Origin: a virus | DNA: 49,882 nt | IMG/VR virus record: IMGVR_UViG_3300005826_000013 | Location: 1-49,882 of that record | Reading direction: 5' to 3' (one strand) | Shown here: positions 1 through 8,968 of the stretch, in pieces | Numbering within the stretch: position 1 is the first letter of the stretch | Layout of the letters: the number at the start of each line of letters is the position of its first letter | The notes under the pieces: model-generated | Database searches by the model: none | Told to the model about the DNA's origin: nothing | The model's input: only the letters and a program-made list of their open reading frames with translations | Translations under genes and position numbers: made by a program

Positions 1-120
1 AGGAGGCTCTCGATGGCGAGTGAGGGGATGAGCGAAGGACGACAGGAAGTCATTCGGCATTACGCCGATAAGGGCGCTGAGCATATCGAGCTAACGCCAC
101 TCACGGCAAACCATCACCTG
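1..120. repeat. Terminal direct repeat, copy 1 (identical to 49763-49882)
   Basis: Both ends compared base by base: 120/120 identical. Consistent with a circular contig opened arbitrarily, or with terminal redundancy. Confidence 0.95.
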
Positions 121-213
121 TACGAGTGCCTCCGCGAGATCGACCGCCTACGCGCACGGGTGGCGGAGTTGGAGCAGGAAAACGAAGGGCTCCAAGACCA
201 GAAGGCAATGTGA
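13..213 (+). CDS. Hypothetical protein (66 aa), coiled-coil-like C-terminus
   Basis: ORF track. LRARVAELEQENEGLQ heptad-like segment. Its second copy (49775) overlaps the stop of 49501..49785, so it is the next gene across the circular junction. Confidence 0.5.
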   Translation: MASEGMSEGRQEVIRHYADKGAEHIELTPLTANHHLYECLREIDRLRARVAELEQENEGLQDQKAM

Positions 214-238
214 GCAGCAAGGACCGATAAGAACGATT

Positions 239-496
239 ATGTCTAACTCAACGTACGAGATAATGTTCGCTTGGTACAAGCCCCCAGGAGCCAGAGTCTG
301 GCATCTTTTCCGCAAGCGTGTGGGCTGGTGGCCCCCCTGGCAGTCGTATTGTGGGGGCTGGGGTGCACTGGTGTGCTGGCAAAGGCAAATGCCTGCCGAC
401 GCCAAACAGTGTAAGCGTTGCGGGAGGACCGATCGGGAGAGTCGGCCCGCAAGGGTGTACTCACAAACCGAATCGGACGATGGTGCGCTGCGATGA
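239..496 (+). CDS. Hypothetical W/C-rich protein (85 aa)
   Basis: ORF track. Contains a CKRCG CxxC. Stop overlaps the next start as ATGA. Weak RBS and competing antisense ORFs. Confidence 0.4.
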   Translation: MSNSTYEIMFAWYKPPGARVWHLFRKRVGWWPPWQSYCGGWGALVCWQRQMPADAKQCKRCGRTDRESRPARVYSQTESDDGALR

Positions 497-852
497 CCCG
501 CGCCAAGGAGAAGACGACGGCGGAGATGCTACGCGAGGTGCAGAGAAAAATGACACTTCGTCCGTGGCGTGCGGTTCTCCACAAGAAGTCCGCGCGTATC
601 ACCAACGGAGAAGTGCAAGTACATCGCATAGTCGATGACTTCGGTGCAGTGACGGAGTGCATCGAGCGTTGGCACGCCGACGCCCGCGGCATCGTCCTCG
701 CCGTCAACATCCTGGAGGAGGTGGCGGCGTTGGAAGACGAGGCCAGCGCGATCCTGCCCATCTTGGAGAAGGCTATCGGCGGGAAGAGCGAGTTGCGTAG
801 AGTCCTCGACGCCCTCGACGCGAAGGTGCGCAAGGAGCTGGGGGTGGAGTGA
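493..852 (+). CDS. Hypothetical protein (119 aa)
   Basis: Internal ATG of ORF 418..852 forms ATGA with the upstream stop. The longer start would overlap by 79 nt. Confidence 0.5.
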   Translation: MTRAKEKTTAEMLREVQRKMTLRPWRAVLHKKSARITNGEVQVHRIVDDFGAVTECIERWHADARGIVLAVNILEEVAALEDEASAILPILEKAIGGKSELRRVLDALDAKVRKELGVE

Positions 853-853
853 G

Positions 854-1078
854 ATGACTGCGACATCTTCTCGGTGCCAATTCTTGGTCAATGGCCGGCA
901 ATGCAGGAGGAGGAAAGACGTCTCCGAGACTCGCGTATTCGTGGACAGCGAGCTTTATGACGGCGTCGTTGCTGTGGTGGTTGCTCTAATGTGTCCGTTG
1001 CATTGGGCGATGCTGAACCCCTATGCCGAAGTGATGTTCGATGCAGGGAGAGAAGCAGCGAAGGAGCCCACGTCGTGA
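854..1078 (+). CDS. Hypothetical protein (74 aa)
   Basis: ORF track. ATG lies 2 nt after the upstream stop. Confidence 0.45.
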   Translation: MTATSSRCQFLVNGRQCRRRKDVSETRVFVDSELYDGVVAVVVALMCPLHWAMLNPYAEVMFDAGREAAKEPTS

Positions 1079-1386
1079 GCGAAGAGAAGACGTTGGCGAG
1101 CGAGCTGCGGCGGCTGATGCGATCGCGCGGAGAGGGGCAATGGCGTTTCGTCCCAGCCGATTCGTACTGCGCCTTCCCGATGATCTATGACGGCAAGGAC
1201 GACCAGTGGGACGACGTAGATGAGCAGGATGAACGCGCGGAACTCATCGTCCTTTTAATCAACCACGCCGAGGAGATCGCGGCGGCCTTGGAGTGGACTC
1301 AGAAGGTGGTAAGTGCTGACACGACATTGCTTCAGCTTGCGTCTCTCATCGTGGCCCTCGACCGCAAGACCCGCGAGGAGACGTGA
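1075..1386 (+). CDS. Hypothetical acidic protein (103 aa)
   Basis: GTG at 1075 sits in a GTGA overlap with the upstream stop (frame of ORF 991..1386). Confidence 0.5.
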   Translation: MSEEKTLASELRRLMRSRGEGQWRFVPADSYCAFPMIYDGKDDQWDDVDEQDERAELIVLLINHAEEIAAALEWTQKVVSADTTLLQLASLIVALDRKTREET

Positions 1387-1551
1387 ATGTCTCTCACCGT
1401 TTACACACACTGCGGCTGTGAACGCTGCCAAGAATTTCGGCTCCGCGAGGAGCTAGAGGAGGAGCACCGTGCCAAAGAAGAATACGGCTACGAAGCGACA
1501 GACGAAGTCAACGAAGCGAGCGACGAAGCTGCAGCCCACGAAGTCTGCTGA
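1387..1551 (+). CDS. Hypothetical small Cys-containing protein (54 aa)
   Basis: Hand-translated because it is below the track cut-off: MSLTVYTHCGCERCQEF... ATG lies directly after the upstream TGA. Confidence 0.4.
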   Translation: MSLTVYTHCGCERCQEFRLREELEEEHRAKEEYGYEATDEVNEASDEAAAHEVC

Positions 1552-1608
1552 CGAGATGCTGCGCGAAGGCGTCGAGAAGGCCAAGAAAGCGCTGCGAGGC
1601 GAAGACGA

Positions 1609-2610
1609 GTGATCTACAACAACTCGTCGCTCGTTGACGCCGGAGACTGCCTCCGTCTCTACTTCAACAAACACATTCGACGGCTCGGACTCAAGTTCGA
1701 AGAAGGCTTGCCCGGATTCTCCGATCGCTTCGAAGGTGTGCTCTGGCACGCGATCATGGCAGAACACTATAGCCACGGCGAGCACTTCGGTATCGGAGTC
1801 TCGGCAGTGATCGACGACGCCTACAAAGCTTCGTATGAAGCTGCTACGCTCGAAGAAGAGATCGCGCAGCTCGACGAGAAGCGCAGCTACTTCTCGCGGC
1901 TCTACGATGCCTACGCGAGCTATTACATCGACGACTCCGACCGCTGGGATATTCTCGGCATCGAAGAGCAATTCATCACGCCGCTGGGCGACTTCTGCCG
2001 TAGTTGCGGAGCAGCGTTTGACGACGAGATCATCCGAGGTCTTAGCACTCCAGCGACTCATTCCTGCGGAGAAGCGATTCGGTTTCTCGTCGGCCAGCTC
2101 GACCTCCGCATCCGCGAAGACGGCATCCAGAAGATAGTCGATCACAAGTCGAAGCGAACGTCGGTGAGTGAGTGGTATCTTGGCCAGTTCGTCGAGTCGA
2201 CGCAGTTCACCCAGTACCTCTATGGCGCTCGACGGAATTTCGGTGGCGATGTGTCCTGCGGCATAGCCAACGTCGTAGCGAAGCTCAAGCTCATCGACAA
2301 GAAGGGCCAGCCCTTCCACCGCAACAACGAGATCATCCGAGGTCTCGAAGACTTCGCTGTCTTCGTCGACGAGCGGAGGAGCCTCGTGGAGAGTCTAGAA
2401 GCGCGGGCGAAGCTTCAGCCAAGCGTCAGCTTGTGGCCTCGCAACGCCTCGCAGTGTCGTCGCTTTGGGCTCTGTGGATTTCACGGACTCTGCTTCCCTG
2501 CTCGTTTAAACATCCTGGAGATTCCCTACGATCTCGAAGACACGTACGAACAAAAAGAAGCCATCCACATCGACAACTATGCTAAACTCGTGGAGGAGGA
2601 GGTACGATGA
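1609..2610 (+). CDS. PD-(D/E)XK exonuclease, Cas4/RecB-like, with Fe-S type cysteines
   Basis: N-terminal Cys (DAGDCLRLYF). GQLDLRIREDG..IVDHKSK (D...DxK). QFTQYLY (QxxxY). C-terminal CRRFGLCGFHGLC. GTGA-coupled start. Confidence 0.8.
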   Translation: MIYNNSSLVDAGDCLRLYFNKHIRRLGLKFEEGLPGFSDRFEGVLWHAIMAEHYSHGEHFGIGVSAVIDDAYKASYEAATLEEEIAQLDEKRSYFSRLYDAYASYYIDDSDRWDILGIEEQFITPLGDFCRSCGAAFDDEIIRGLSTPATHSCGEAIRFLVGQLDLRIREDGIQKIVDHKSKRTSVSEWYLGQFVESTQFTQYLYGARRNFGGDVSCGIANVVAKLKLIDKKGQPFHRNNEIIRGLEDFAVFVDERRSLVESLEARAKLQPSVSLWPRNASQCRRFGLCGFHGLCFPARLNILEIPYDLEDTYEQKEAIHIDNYAKLVEEEVR

Positions 2611-2915
2611 CGAAGCAAGAACTCGTCTCTAAGCAGCAGTTTCTTCGCCGGCTCTTGGTAGGAGCTGTGATCCGTTTCGGGCATCCAGTGGCTGAGAGGC
2701 GCTTCGAAGTTCTCGTCGGCCAGTTCGACTTACCCATTGCTTGGCGAGAGCAAGGCGACGGCATCGTTCTCTCGATTGAGCTACCAGCTCCCGAGCCTGA
2801 AATGGGAGTCCTCGACGACGACGAGCCGACGGAGCCAGCGGAGCCTGAGCCGACCGATTCTACTTTCGACGCTGAGATGGATGATCTCGTCAAAGGCGTG
2901 CGGGGCGAGCTATGA
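2607..2915 (+). CDS. Hypothetical protein (102 aa), acidic tail
   Basis: ORF track. ATGA overlaps on both sides. Confidence 0.6.
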   Translation: MTKQELVSKQQFLRRLLVGAVIRFGHPVAERRFEVLVGQFDLPIAWREQGDGIVLSIELPAPEPEMGVLDDDEPTEPAEPEPTDSTFDAEMDDLVKGVRGEL

Positions 2916-3730
2916 GCCTCATCATCGACGAACCAACAGATGCTCAGCAGGCTATTCAAGTCCTCGCAGCGTCGTCCTGGCGAAGCGACCGCGTCAACGT
3001 ACTCGGCTATGGCGAGCCTGGCTCCGGCAAAACCGACTTCGGAGCTCGCTTTCCACGACCCGTCATCCTAGACACTGGCGAGAACGGACAGTTGACCGTC
3101 AAGAAGATGTTACGCGAAGGCCGAATCAAGCAGGACATTCCCGTCATTCGCACGGCAAGCTTCAGCGAGGTCATGGGCATCGCTCTCAACCCTCGCATTG
3201 CGATGAAGAATCTCTTGGCGTCGACGAAGTTCTCGAACTACGATCCCTTGACGCTCGTCGTCGACAATATCTCGGTGCTCGAAGGTTGGTGTATCGACGA
3301 GATCTTGATCTCGAAAGGTAAAGCTGACATGGAAGTCACCGAGATCAACACGCTCAAGCGGAGAATGTCGGCGTTCTTCCGCCAGATCTGGAACCTCGAC
3401 ATGAACACGGTGCTGCTCGCTCACATCTACGACGGGCGTGAAGCCTCAAAGATGATGAAAGCCAAAGACCCTGGCGTCGCACTCACTGGGCAGCTCGCCA
3501 AGATTGCTCCGGCAGCGGCTGACTTCTTTCTCTACTTCCGCATCGAAAACGAATACGACGGCACGAGCACCAACGAGACCTTCGTAGCGTACACGACTGG
3601 CGTGACAGGTTTCCCGGCCCGTACTCGCCTTCGCGGGCTGCTTCCCGAGCGGCTCGTCAACCCGAGCTACGAAGACTTGCGCAAGGCTCTCGATGCTTTG
3701 GAGCAGAACAATGACTCAGAAGCCAAATGA
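2912..3730 (+). CDS. RecA-fold ATPase of the AAA_24 / Sak4-like type (recombination)
   Basis: Walker A YGEPGSGKT near the N-terminus. Walker B-like LTLVVDNISVLE. Size and position next to a nuclease are typical of Sak4-like proteins. Confidence 0.7.
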   Translation: MSLIIDEPTDAQQAIQVLAASSWRSDRVNVLGYGEPGSGKTDFGARFPRPVILDTGENGQLTVKKMLREGRIKQDIPVIRTASFSEVMGIALNPRIAMKNLLASTKFSNYDPLTLVVDNISVLEGWCIDEILISKGKADMEVTEINTLKRRMSAFFRQIWNLDMNTVLLAHIYDGREASKMMKAKDPGVALTGQLAKIAPAAADFFLYFRIENEYDGTSTNETFVAYTTGVTGFPARTRLRGLLPERLVNPSYEDLRKALDALEQNNDSEAK

Positions 3731-3867
3731 ACCAAATGAATCCCCTTCGACATCCAACGAGCTCCTACTGTACGAGAAGTTCTCTCATTTATCCTCAGAG
3801 CTCAGAGGAAGCTGCCTCCAGCTCCTCCGAGAACCACGAAGTCAACTAAGCGAAAAGGAAAAGCCCA

Positions 3868-4356
3868 ATGACAGAAGAAACTCAAGCCCAAGACACCGAA
3901 GAGTTCGACCCTAACGATCTTACCGGCCTCGACCTCACGTTCGACGCGAAGACGTGGGAAGAAGGCGGGATGGAGCCAGCCGGAGCGGTCGGCTACAAGA
4001 TCGAGTCGGCCAAGATCGAGAAGCGCAAGACCAAGAAAGGAGAGCCCTTTGCGATTTGCTCGGTCGAAGTCCGTATTCACTCGCGTCCTGGCCAGAAGAT
4101 CGAGAAGCCTGCTCCGTTCTGGGATGACTTCTCGCTCAATCCTCGCTACATCGACACGTTTAAACGATTCGCCGCTGCCGCAGGCATCAAGCCGGCTCCC
4201 GGTGCTCCTGTCAACATTCCTGAAATGGTGAAGGCGCTGCCTGGCAAGAGTGGCTTCGGCGTCATCGTGCACAAGGAGTTCGTGCACAACGGTGAGAATA
4301 GAAAGAAGGCTCAGTTCTCGCGCAAGTTCGGCAAGAGCTTTGCTGAAGTGACCTAA
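3868..4356 (+). CDS. Hypothetical protein (162 aa), possibly a DUF669-like ssDNA-binding partner of Sak4
   Basis: ORF with an AAAAGGAAAAG RBS. The functional call rests on position after the AAA_24 gene and an acidic N-terminus only. Confidence 0.55.
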   Translation: MTEETQAQDTEEFDPNDLTGLDLTFDAKTWEEGGMEPAGAVGYKIESAKIEKRKTKKGEPFAICSVEVRIHSRPGQKIEKPAPFWDDFSLNPRYIDTFKRFAAAAGIKPAPGAPVNIPEMVKALPGKSGFGVIVHKEFVHNGENRKKAQFSRKFGKSFAEVT

Positions 4357-4475
4357 CGGTCAAAGGGATCCCATTGGAAATGGAGTTCGAGGGAGTGATC
4401 GGGATCCGCCCTCGCGTGGGCTGCGCATACGAAACCACGCAGACATCAAGCCCATGACCAGACGTGGAGTCCCAC

Positions 4476-7013
4476 ATGAAGAAGCCTAAGCTCCTCTGGG
4501 AGTCTGAGCCCTTCGGGCCGAAGTGCGCCGGTTGCGCATACCAGCCTTGGTCTCGACACTACGTGCCTCCTGAGATCAAAGACTCTCGGGTCGTGTTACT
4601 CGGCGAAGCCGCAGCTTACTGGGAGTGTCTCGAAGGAATGCCGTTCGCAGGGCGTTCTGGCGGCAAGCTGAATCACTGGCTCGGCTTCGCAGACCTCACT
4701 CGTCTCGACGTCGATATCGTCAATAGCTGTCGCTGCCGCCCCGTTGCCTGGGAGCTCTGCGATATCTGTCAGGGCGACGGAGAGATTCTCCGCGAGTTCA
4801 TCGACGACAACCCGCAGTTCGACGCCTGCGATCTCTGTGATGCACGCGGCTGGACGCCAGTGATTCAAGGCGACGGTGACTACCGCAACGCAACGCCCGA
4901 GCCCGACCAAATCTCCGAGTGTATGCGGCGCTACGGCCATGAGACGCTGCGCGGGCTCAAGCGGAAGAAACTCATCGTTGCCCTCGGCGGATCAGCTCTC
5001 TATGCTCTCACGGGCAAGTCGAGCCTCGGAGACTACTCCGGCTCGGTGCTCGACACGGAGCACGGTCCAGCCTTGATCACCTATCATCCCGCGTCCGCAC
5101 TGTACTCGGATGAGTTTGAGCCAGCGGCGATTCGAGCGTTTACACGCATCCCCGCGATCGTCGCGGGCACCGAAGGCGCAGGCTTGGAAGTCACTTACCT
5201 TACACACCCATCCCACGAGGATATCGATGAATACCGAACAGCGCGATCGTTTGTTTTGGACCTTGAGACGACTGGAGGAATGTCTCCAGAAGCCTCAGCT
5301 GGAGACATCAAAGTCGCGGGAGCTAGCCTCCGACCTGGTCACGCAATTACTGTCTTACCTGGTTCTCAGCTCCGCGAGCTCCTTGAGTCATGCGACTCCG
5401 TCACCGGCCAATACTTCTACGCCTACGACGCCTGGTGGCTCCACCACCGCAGCTACCCTGTACCCCCAACCATCGTCGACACCCAAGTCCTCGGCCACGC
5501 CGTCGACCCTCTCACTCCCAACGACATCACCTTCCTCACCACCCAATACGCCGAGCCCCCACTCAAGTCCTACTGGAAGTCCGAGACCGACTACGCCGAA
5601 GACCTCGGAGGCGTCGCTCTACGCGATGTCGATGCAACGAGCCGCATTGAGCGAGGGCTCTGGTCTTGGTTGCGCAAACAGTCCCAGCTCGATCTCGCCA
5701 ACGACGTTATCATTCCCTGGACCCGACTTGCCTTCGAGCTCCGGCGAGACGGTCTCCGCTGCAACGTCGCGGCTCTGCGAGACGGCGCTAAAGAACTCGA
5801 TCGAGAAGTTCGTGACGCAGGTCAAAAGCTTTCAAGCAAGTGTGGAATACCTCTACCCAAGAAGTCCAAGACCGGCATCCCTAGCCCTCAAGCTATCACT
5901 AAGCATCTGTACAGTGTCCTTGGACTCCCTGTCCAGAAGCATCGAAAGACAGGCAAAGTAACCGGTGACGAGCGTGCGCTCAAGAAGTTGAGGAGCTGGT
6001 GCTGGAAGCACGGTCACTCCGACGGGCTCTATTTTCTCTCGCAGCTTATTGGTGCGCCAGCCGCCATTGAGGGTGAGTGGGAGCAAGGACTCAAGCAGCG
6101 ATCGACGATGGTCAAAGACCTCAAGAAGTTCGCAGGTGAAGACGACGGAACGACGATTCGAACGCTCCATGCGTTCGTCAACCTGACCGGCACTGTCACG
6201 GGCCGACTCTCTTACGAGAGACCTGGTTTACACCAAGTCCCGAAGCACTGTCGCTCCGCGTTCCTCCCCGACCACGACGATCACGTCTTGATTGAGTTCG
6301 ACTACAAGCAGATTGAGTTCCTCACGATGCTATGGTTTGCGGGAGAGTGGGAGAAGCTGAGGCTCGGCCTCTCAGGCATCGATTTTCACCGTTACGCAGC
6401 TTCGCTGTTCTACGGAGTCGCGGAGTCCTCGGTCACACAGATTCAGCGGCGTAACGTCAAAGCTCTCAACTTCGGTATGATCTTCGGCAAGGGCGTCAAG
6501 ACTACAGCCGAAGACCTCGATGTCTCTTTTGGCGCAGCGCAGAAGCTTTATGATCGCTGGTTCGAGATGTTTCCTGGCGTGCCCAAGCTCCGCTCAACCT
6601 GGACTTCTCAAGTCTCGTCGCTCGGCTACCTTCAAACTCCTGCCGGTTGGCGTGTCCGTTTCAACAAAGACCAGCAGGAAAACACCCATCGTGGATCGGT
6701 CACCACTCAGATCTACAACTACCCGATCCAATCGACCGCAGGTATCCGCACGCGCGAAGCGCTCGTCAACCTCTGGCGCGAGCTGTCTCGCCTCTGGAGT
6801 CCCGACGACGTCCGCTTTGTCTTGACCGTTCACGACTCTGGTATTGTCTCAGCCCGCAAAGATCTCGTGAAAGAAGTCATCGAAGTGATTACCGAGGTTG
6901 CAACCGCACCCTACAAACACCTGCCTGCTGACATTCCCGGTCATCGAGACGGCCTTCGCTTCCCGATCGACGTTAAGGTCGGGCCTTCGTGGGGAGAACT
7001 GACGAAATGCTAA
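4476..7013 (+). CDS. Fusion of a family-4 UDG-like domain, 3'-5' exonuclease and family-A DNA polymerase
   Basis: UDG4-like: CAGC, LLGEAAAYWE..PFAGRSG, NSCRCRP, TYHPAS. Exonuclease: FVLDLETTG. Polymerase: DYKQIEF, RRNVKALNFGMIFG, LTVHDS. GGAG precedes ATG 4476; the track start is 4464 (GTG). Confidence 0.9.
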   Translation: MKKPKLLWESEPFGPKCAGCAYQPWSRHYVPPEIKDSRVVLLGEAAAYWECLEGMPFAGRSGGKLNHWLGFADLTRLDVDIVNSCRCRPVAWELCDICQGDGEILREFIDDNPQFDACDLCDARGWTPVIQGDGDYRNATPEPDQISECMRRYGHETLRGLKRKKLIVALGGSALYALTGKSSLGDYSGSVLDTEHGPALITYHPASALYSDEFEPAAIRAFTRIPAIVAGTEGAGLEVTYLTHPSHEDIDEYRTARSFVLDLETTGGMSPEASAGDIKVAGASLRPGHAITVLPGSQLRELLESCDSVTGQYFYAYDAWWLHHRSYPVPPTIVDTQVLGHAVDPLTPNDITFLTTQYAEPPLKSYWKSETDYAEDLGGVALRDVDATSRIERGLWSWLRKQSQLDLANDVIIPWTRLAFELRRDGLRCNVAALRDGAKELDREVRDAGQKLSSKCGIPLPKKSKTGIPSPQAITKHLYSVLGLPVQKHRKTGKVTGDERALKKLRSWCWKHGHSDGLYFLSQLIGAPAAIEGEWEQGLKQRSTMVKDLKKFAGEDDGTTIRTLHAFVNLTGTVTGRLSYERPGLHQVPKHCRSAFLPDHDDHVLIEFDYKQIEFLTMLWFAGEWEKLRLGLSGIDFHRYAASLFYGVAESSVTQIQRRNVKALNFGMIFGKGVKTTAEDLDVSFGAAQKLYDRWFEMFPGVPKLRSTWTSQVSSLGYLQTPAGWRVRFNKDQQENTHRGSVTTQIYNYPIQSTAGIRTREALVNLWRELSRLWSPDDVRFVLTVHDSGIVSARKDLVKEVIEVITEVATAPYKHLPADIPGHRDGLRFPIDVKVGPSWGELTKC

Positions 7014-7528
7014 AGCTAAAGCCCGAAGAGACTTTCTCCATCGATCCAGAGGAGTTCGGGAGTGTGCCCGAGAAGAACTTCCACGTCCTTCCCCATCCTA
7101 CTCTCCTGCTGCTAGGCAACGAGAAGATTCTCGACGTTCAGCGAGCGTTGCTGGCTGCGAAGCACTCGGTCATCTTCTTCGACGCGCCCGAGATTCCACG
7201 CCGCAAGTCCTCGGTCTACTTGTTCAAGAGCCTCTTCGAGACGCTGAAAAAGACAAGACTTGCGGAGCTGAAAGAAGCTCTACCCCCAAGGGGTTATTGG
7301 ATGGCGTTTCGTGTCGAGGCTCAACTAGACAGCATCAAGAAGCGCGATCTCTTTGCGTGGGTAGTGAAGAACAACGTCTTGCCGTGGCTGGAGACCGAGT
7401 CAGATGTCCGCCGCTTCTACCAGTTTACACAGCAGCACAAGGCTACGATCCAATATGTCTTCTGCGAAGTCGAGAGTGACACTCCCTTGACGCGTCTCCG
7501 TTCTAACATCGTCGTCACGGTCGAATGA
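7007..7528 (+). CDS. Hypothetical protein (173 aa)
   Basis: ATG at 7007 overlaps the polymerase stop (frame of ORF 6989..7528). Confidence 0.55.
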   Translation: MLKLKPEETFSIDPEEFGSVPEKNFHVLPHPTLLLLGNEKILDVQRALLAAKHSVIFFDAPEIPRRKSSVYLFKSLFETLKKTRLAELKEALPPRGYWMAFRVEAQLDSIKKRDLFAWVVKNNVLPWLETESDVRRFYQFTQQHKATIQYVFCEVESDTPLTRLRSNIVVTVE

Positions 7529-7531
7529 TTC

Positions 7532-8968
7532 ATGGCCGACGCCGCTTCTCAGCTCGTCGAGTTGCTTCGCGATCTTCAGACGAAGCAAGGCAAGCCTACT
7601 CCCGTCCAGATGTTCAAAGCTATTGACTTCGTCGACACGTATGTTCATCAGTTCAACGACGCTCAGAAGCGTGCCATTCGCGAAGCCTTCCTCGATACGT
7701 GTGGTCTCACGCCTGCCGAACTCAAGAACTTGTTTGAACGAGGCGTCGCCCGCACCAACGAGAAGAAAGAGACCGAGGACGACTTCACAAGCTTGCTTCC
7801 GAAGAAAAACCTGCTTATGACGTATGTTGAGCACACATCGAAGACCGAATGGCCTGCACCATTTCGAGCCTTTAGTTTCCTGACGACTCTTGGTGGATTG
7901 CTCGGTCGCCAAATCTGCGTCGACAGGAACGTTTACCAAGTCTGGCCGAACATGGTAACGCTTCTAGTCGGTCCTACGGGTGAAGGCCGCAAGACGACGT
8001 GCGCGGAGTTTGCCATGAAGATCGCACGCGAAGCGGATGAAGAGAGGTTTTACCAGCTTGGCGAGAAGATTACGTCCGAAGCTGTCCACACAGCACTCGC
8101 TGAGCGTGTCCCTGCGACGGGTATCCTTTATGCACCTGAGCTCTCAACGGTCATCAACAAGAAAGACTACACTCGGTCGCTCATCAACGACCTGACACGT
8201 CTCTGGGACTGTCCGACTCGTCTGCCCGTCCGCACACAATCACGAGGCACCGAAGAGCTCCAAGACGTCGCCGTCAGCTTCCTCGCGTGTTCGAATGAAG
8301 AGTGGTTGCTGAAAGCGATCCCTGAAGACGCCCACAAAGGCGGGTTCTTCGCTCGCATGATCCAGGTCTATCACCCTGGCGTCACGGCACTGTTTTCCGA
8401 CCCGAAGCCTATGGACAAAGCCCGCCACCAACACATTCTTGAGCAGTTGATTCAGACGCGGCGGTGCGTGAAGTCCGAGCTGACTCGGGCAGCGACGCTG
8501 TGGTTCGACAAACGCTACAAGCAGATTCGACGGACCCACTTCGCCGATCCTCGCATGGCCGCGTTCAACGCTCGTCGCCATGACCACTTGTTACGGATCG
8601 GTCTCTTGCTTGCGATCTGTGAGAGTCCGACAGACACCGTTTACATCACCGACTCCCATCTCCAGACCGCCGATGGTCTCGTGTCGTGGGTAGTGAAGTG
8701 GTTGCCGAAAATCTACATGCTGACCGGCTTGACAGAAGTCGGCGAAGACACTCGCCGCATCCTCTATATTTTGATGGCGAACGGAGGTCGCGCTACCCGC
8801 CAATGGCTGTTGTCACAGCTCTATGGACGCATGTCTGCGATGCAGGTCGACGACCGGCTTCGAACGTTGAAGCAAGCAGGATTTGTCAAGGAAGTTGATG
8901 GTTCAATCTTCGAGAAGCCTGCGATATATTACAAGATTCTCAAACACCCAGACGAGGAGACCGTATGA
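7532..8968 (+). CDS. P-loop NTPase, DUF3987/helicase-like (putative replicative helicase or loader)
   Basis: Walker A LLVGPTGEGRKTT about 150 aa in. Layout recalls DUF3987 proteins of phage and island replication modules. No Toprim/primase motif seen. Confidence 0.55.
   Translation: MADAASQLVELLRDLQTKQGKPTPVQMFKAIDFVDTYVHQFNDAQKRAIREAFLDTCGLTPAELKNLFERGVARTNEKKETEDDFTSLLPKKNLLMTYVEHTSKTEWPAPFRAFSFLTTLGGLLGRQICVDRNVYQVWPNMVTLLVGPTGEGRKTTCAEFAMKIAREADEERFYQLGEKITSEAVHTALAERVPATGILYAPELSTVINKKDYTRSLINDLTRLWDCPTRLPVRTQSRGTEELQDVAVSFLACSNEEWLLKAIPEDAHKGGFFARMIQVYHPGVTALFSDPKPMDKARHQHILEQLIQTRRCVKSELTRAATLWFDKRYKQIRRTHFADPRMAAFNARRHDHLLRIGLLLAICESPTDTVYITDSHLQTADGLVSWVVKWLPKIYMLTGLTEVGEDTRRILYILMANGGRATRQWLLSQLYGRMSAMQVDDRLRTLKQAGFVKEVDGSIFEKPAIYYKILKHPDEETV

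Noticed and set aside
1556-1612. 18-aa micro-ORF (MLREGVEKAKKALRGEDE), GTGA-coupled to the nuclease start.
   Set aside because: It is too short, lacks an RBS and may simply be a spacer. There is not enough evidence to list it as a gene.
4357-4475. Possible tRNA or small RNA in the gap before the polymerase (GAGTTCGAGGG, two GGGATCC sites, GCGTGG...CCACGC hairpin).
   Set aside because: No cloverleaf can be drawn and there is no T-loop GTTCRANYC with a matching acceptor stem. It is more likely just a weak hairpin and leader region.
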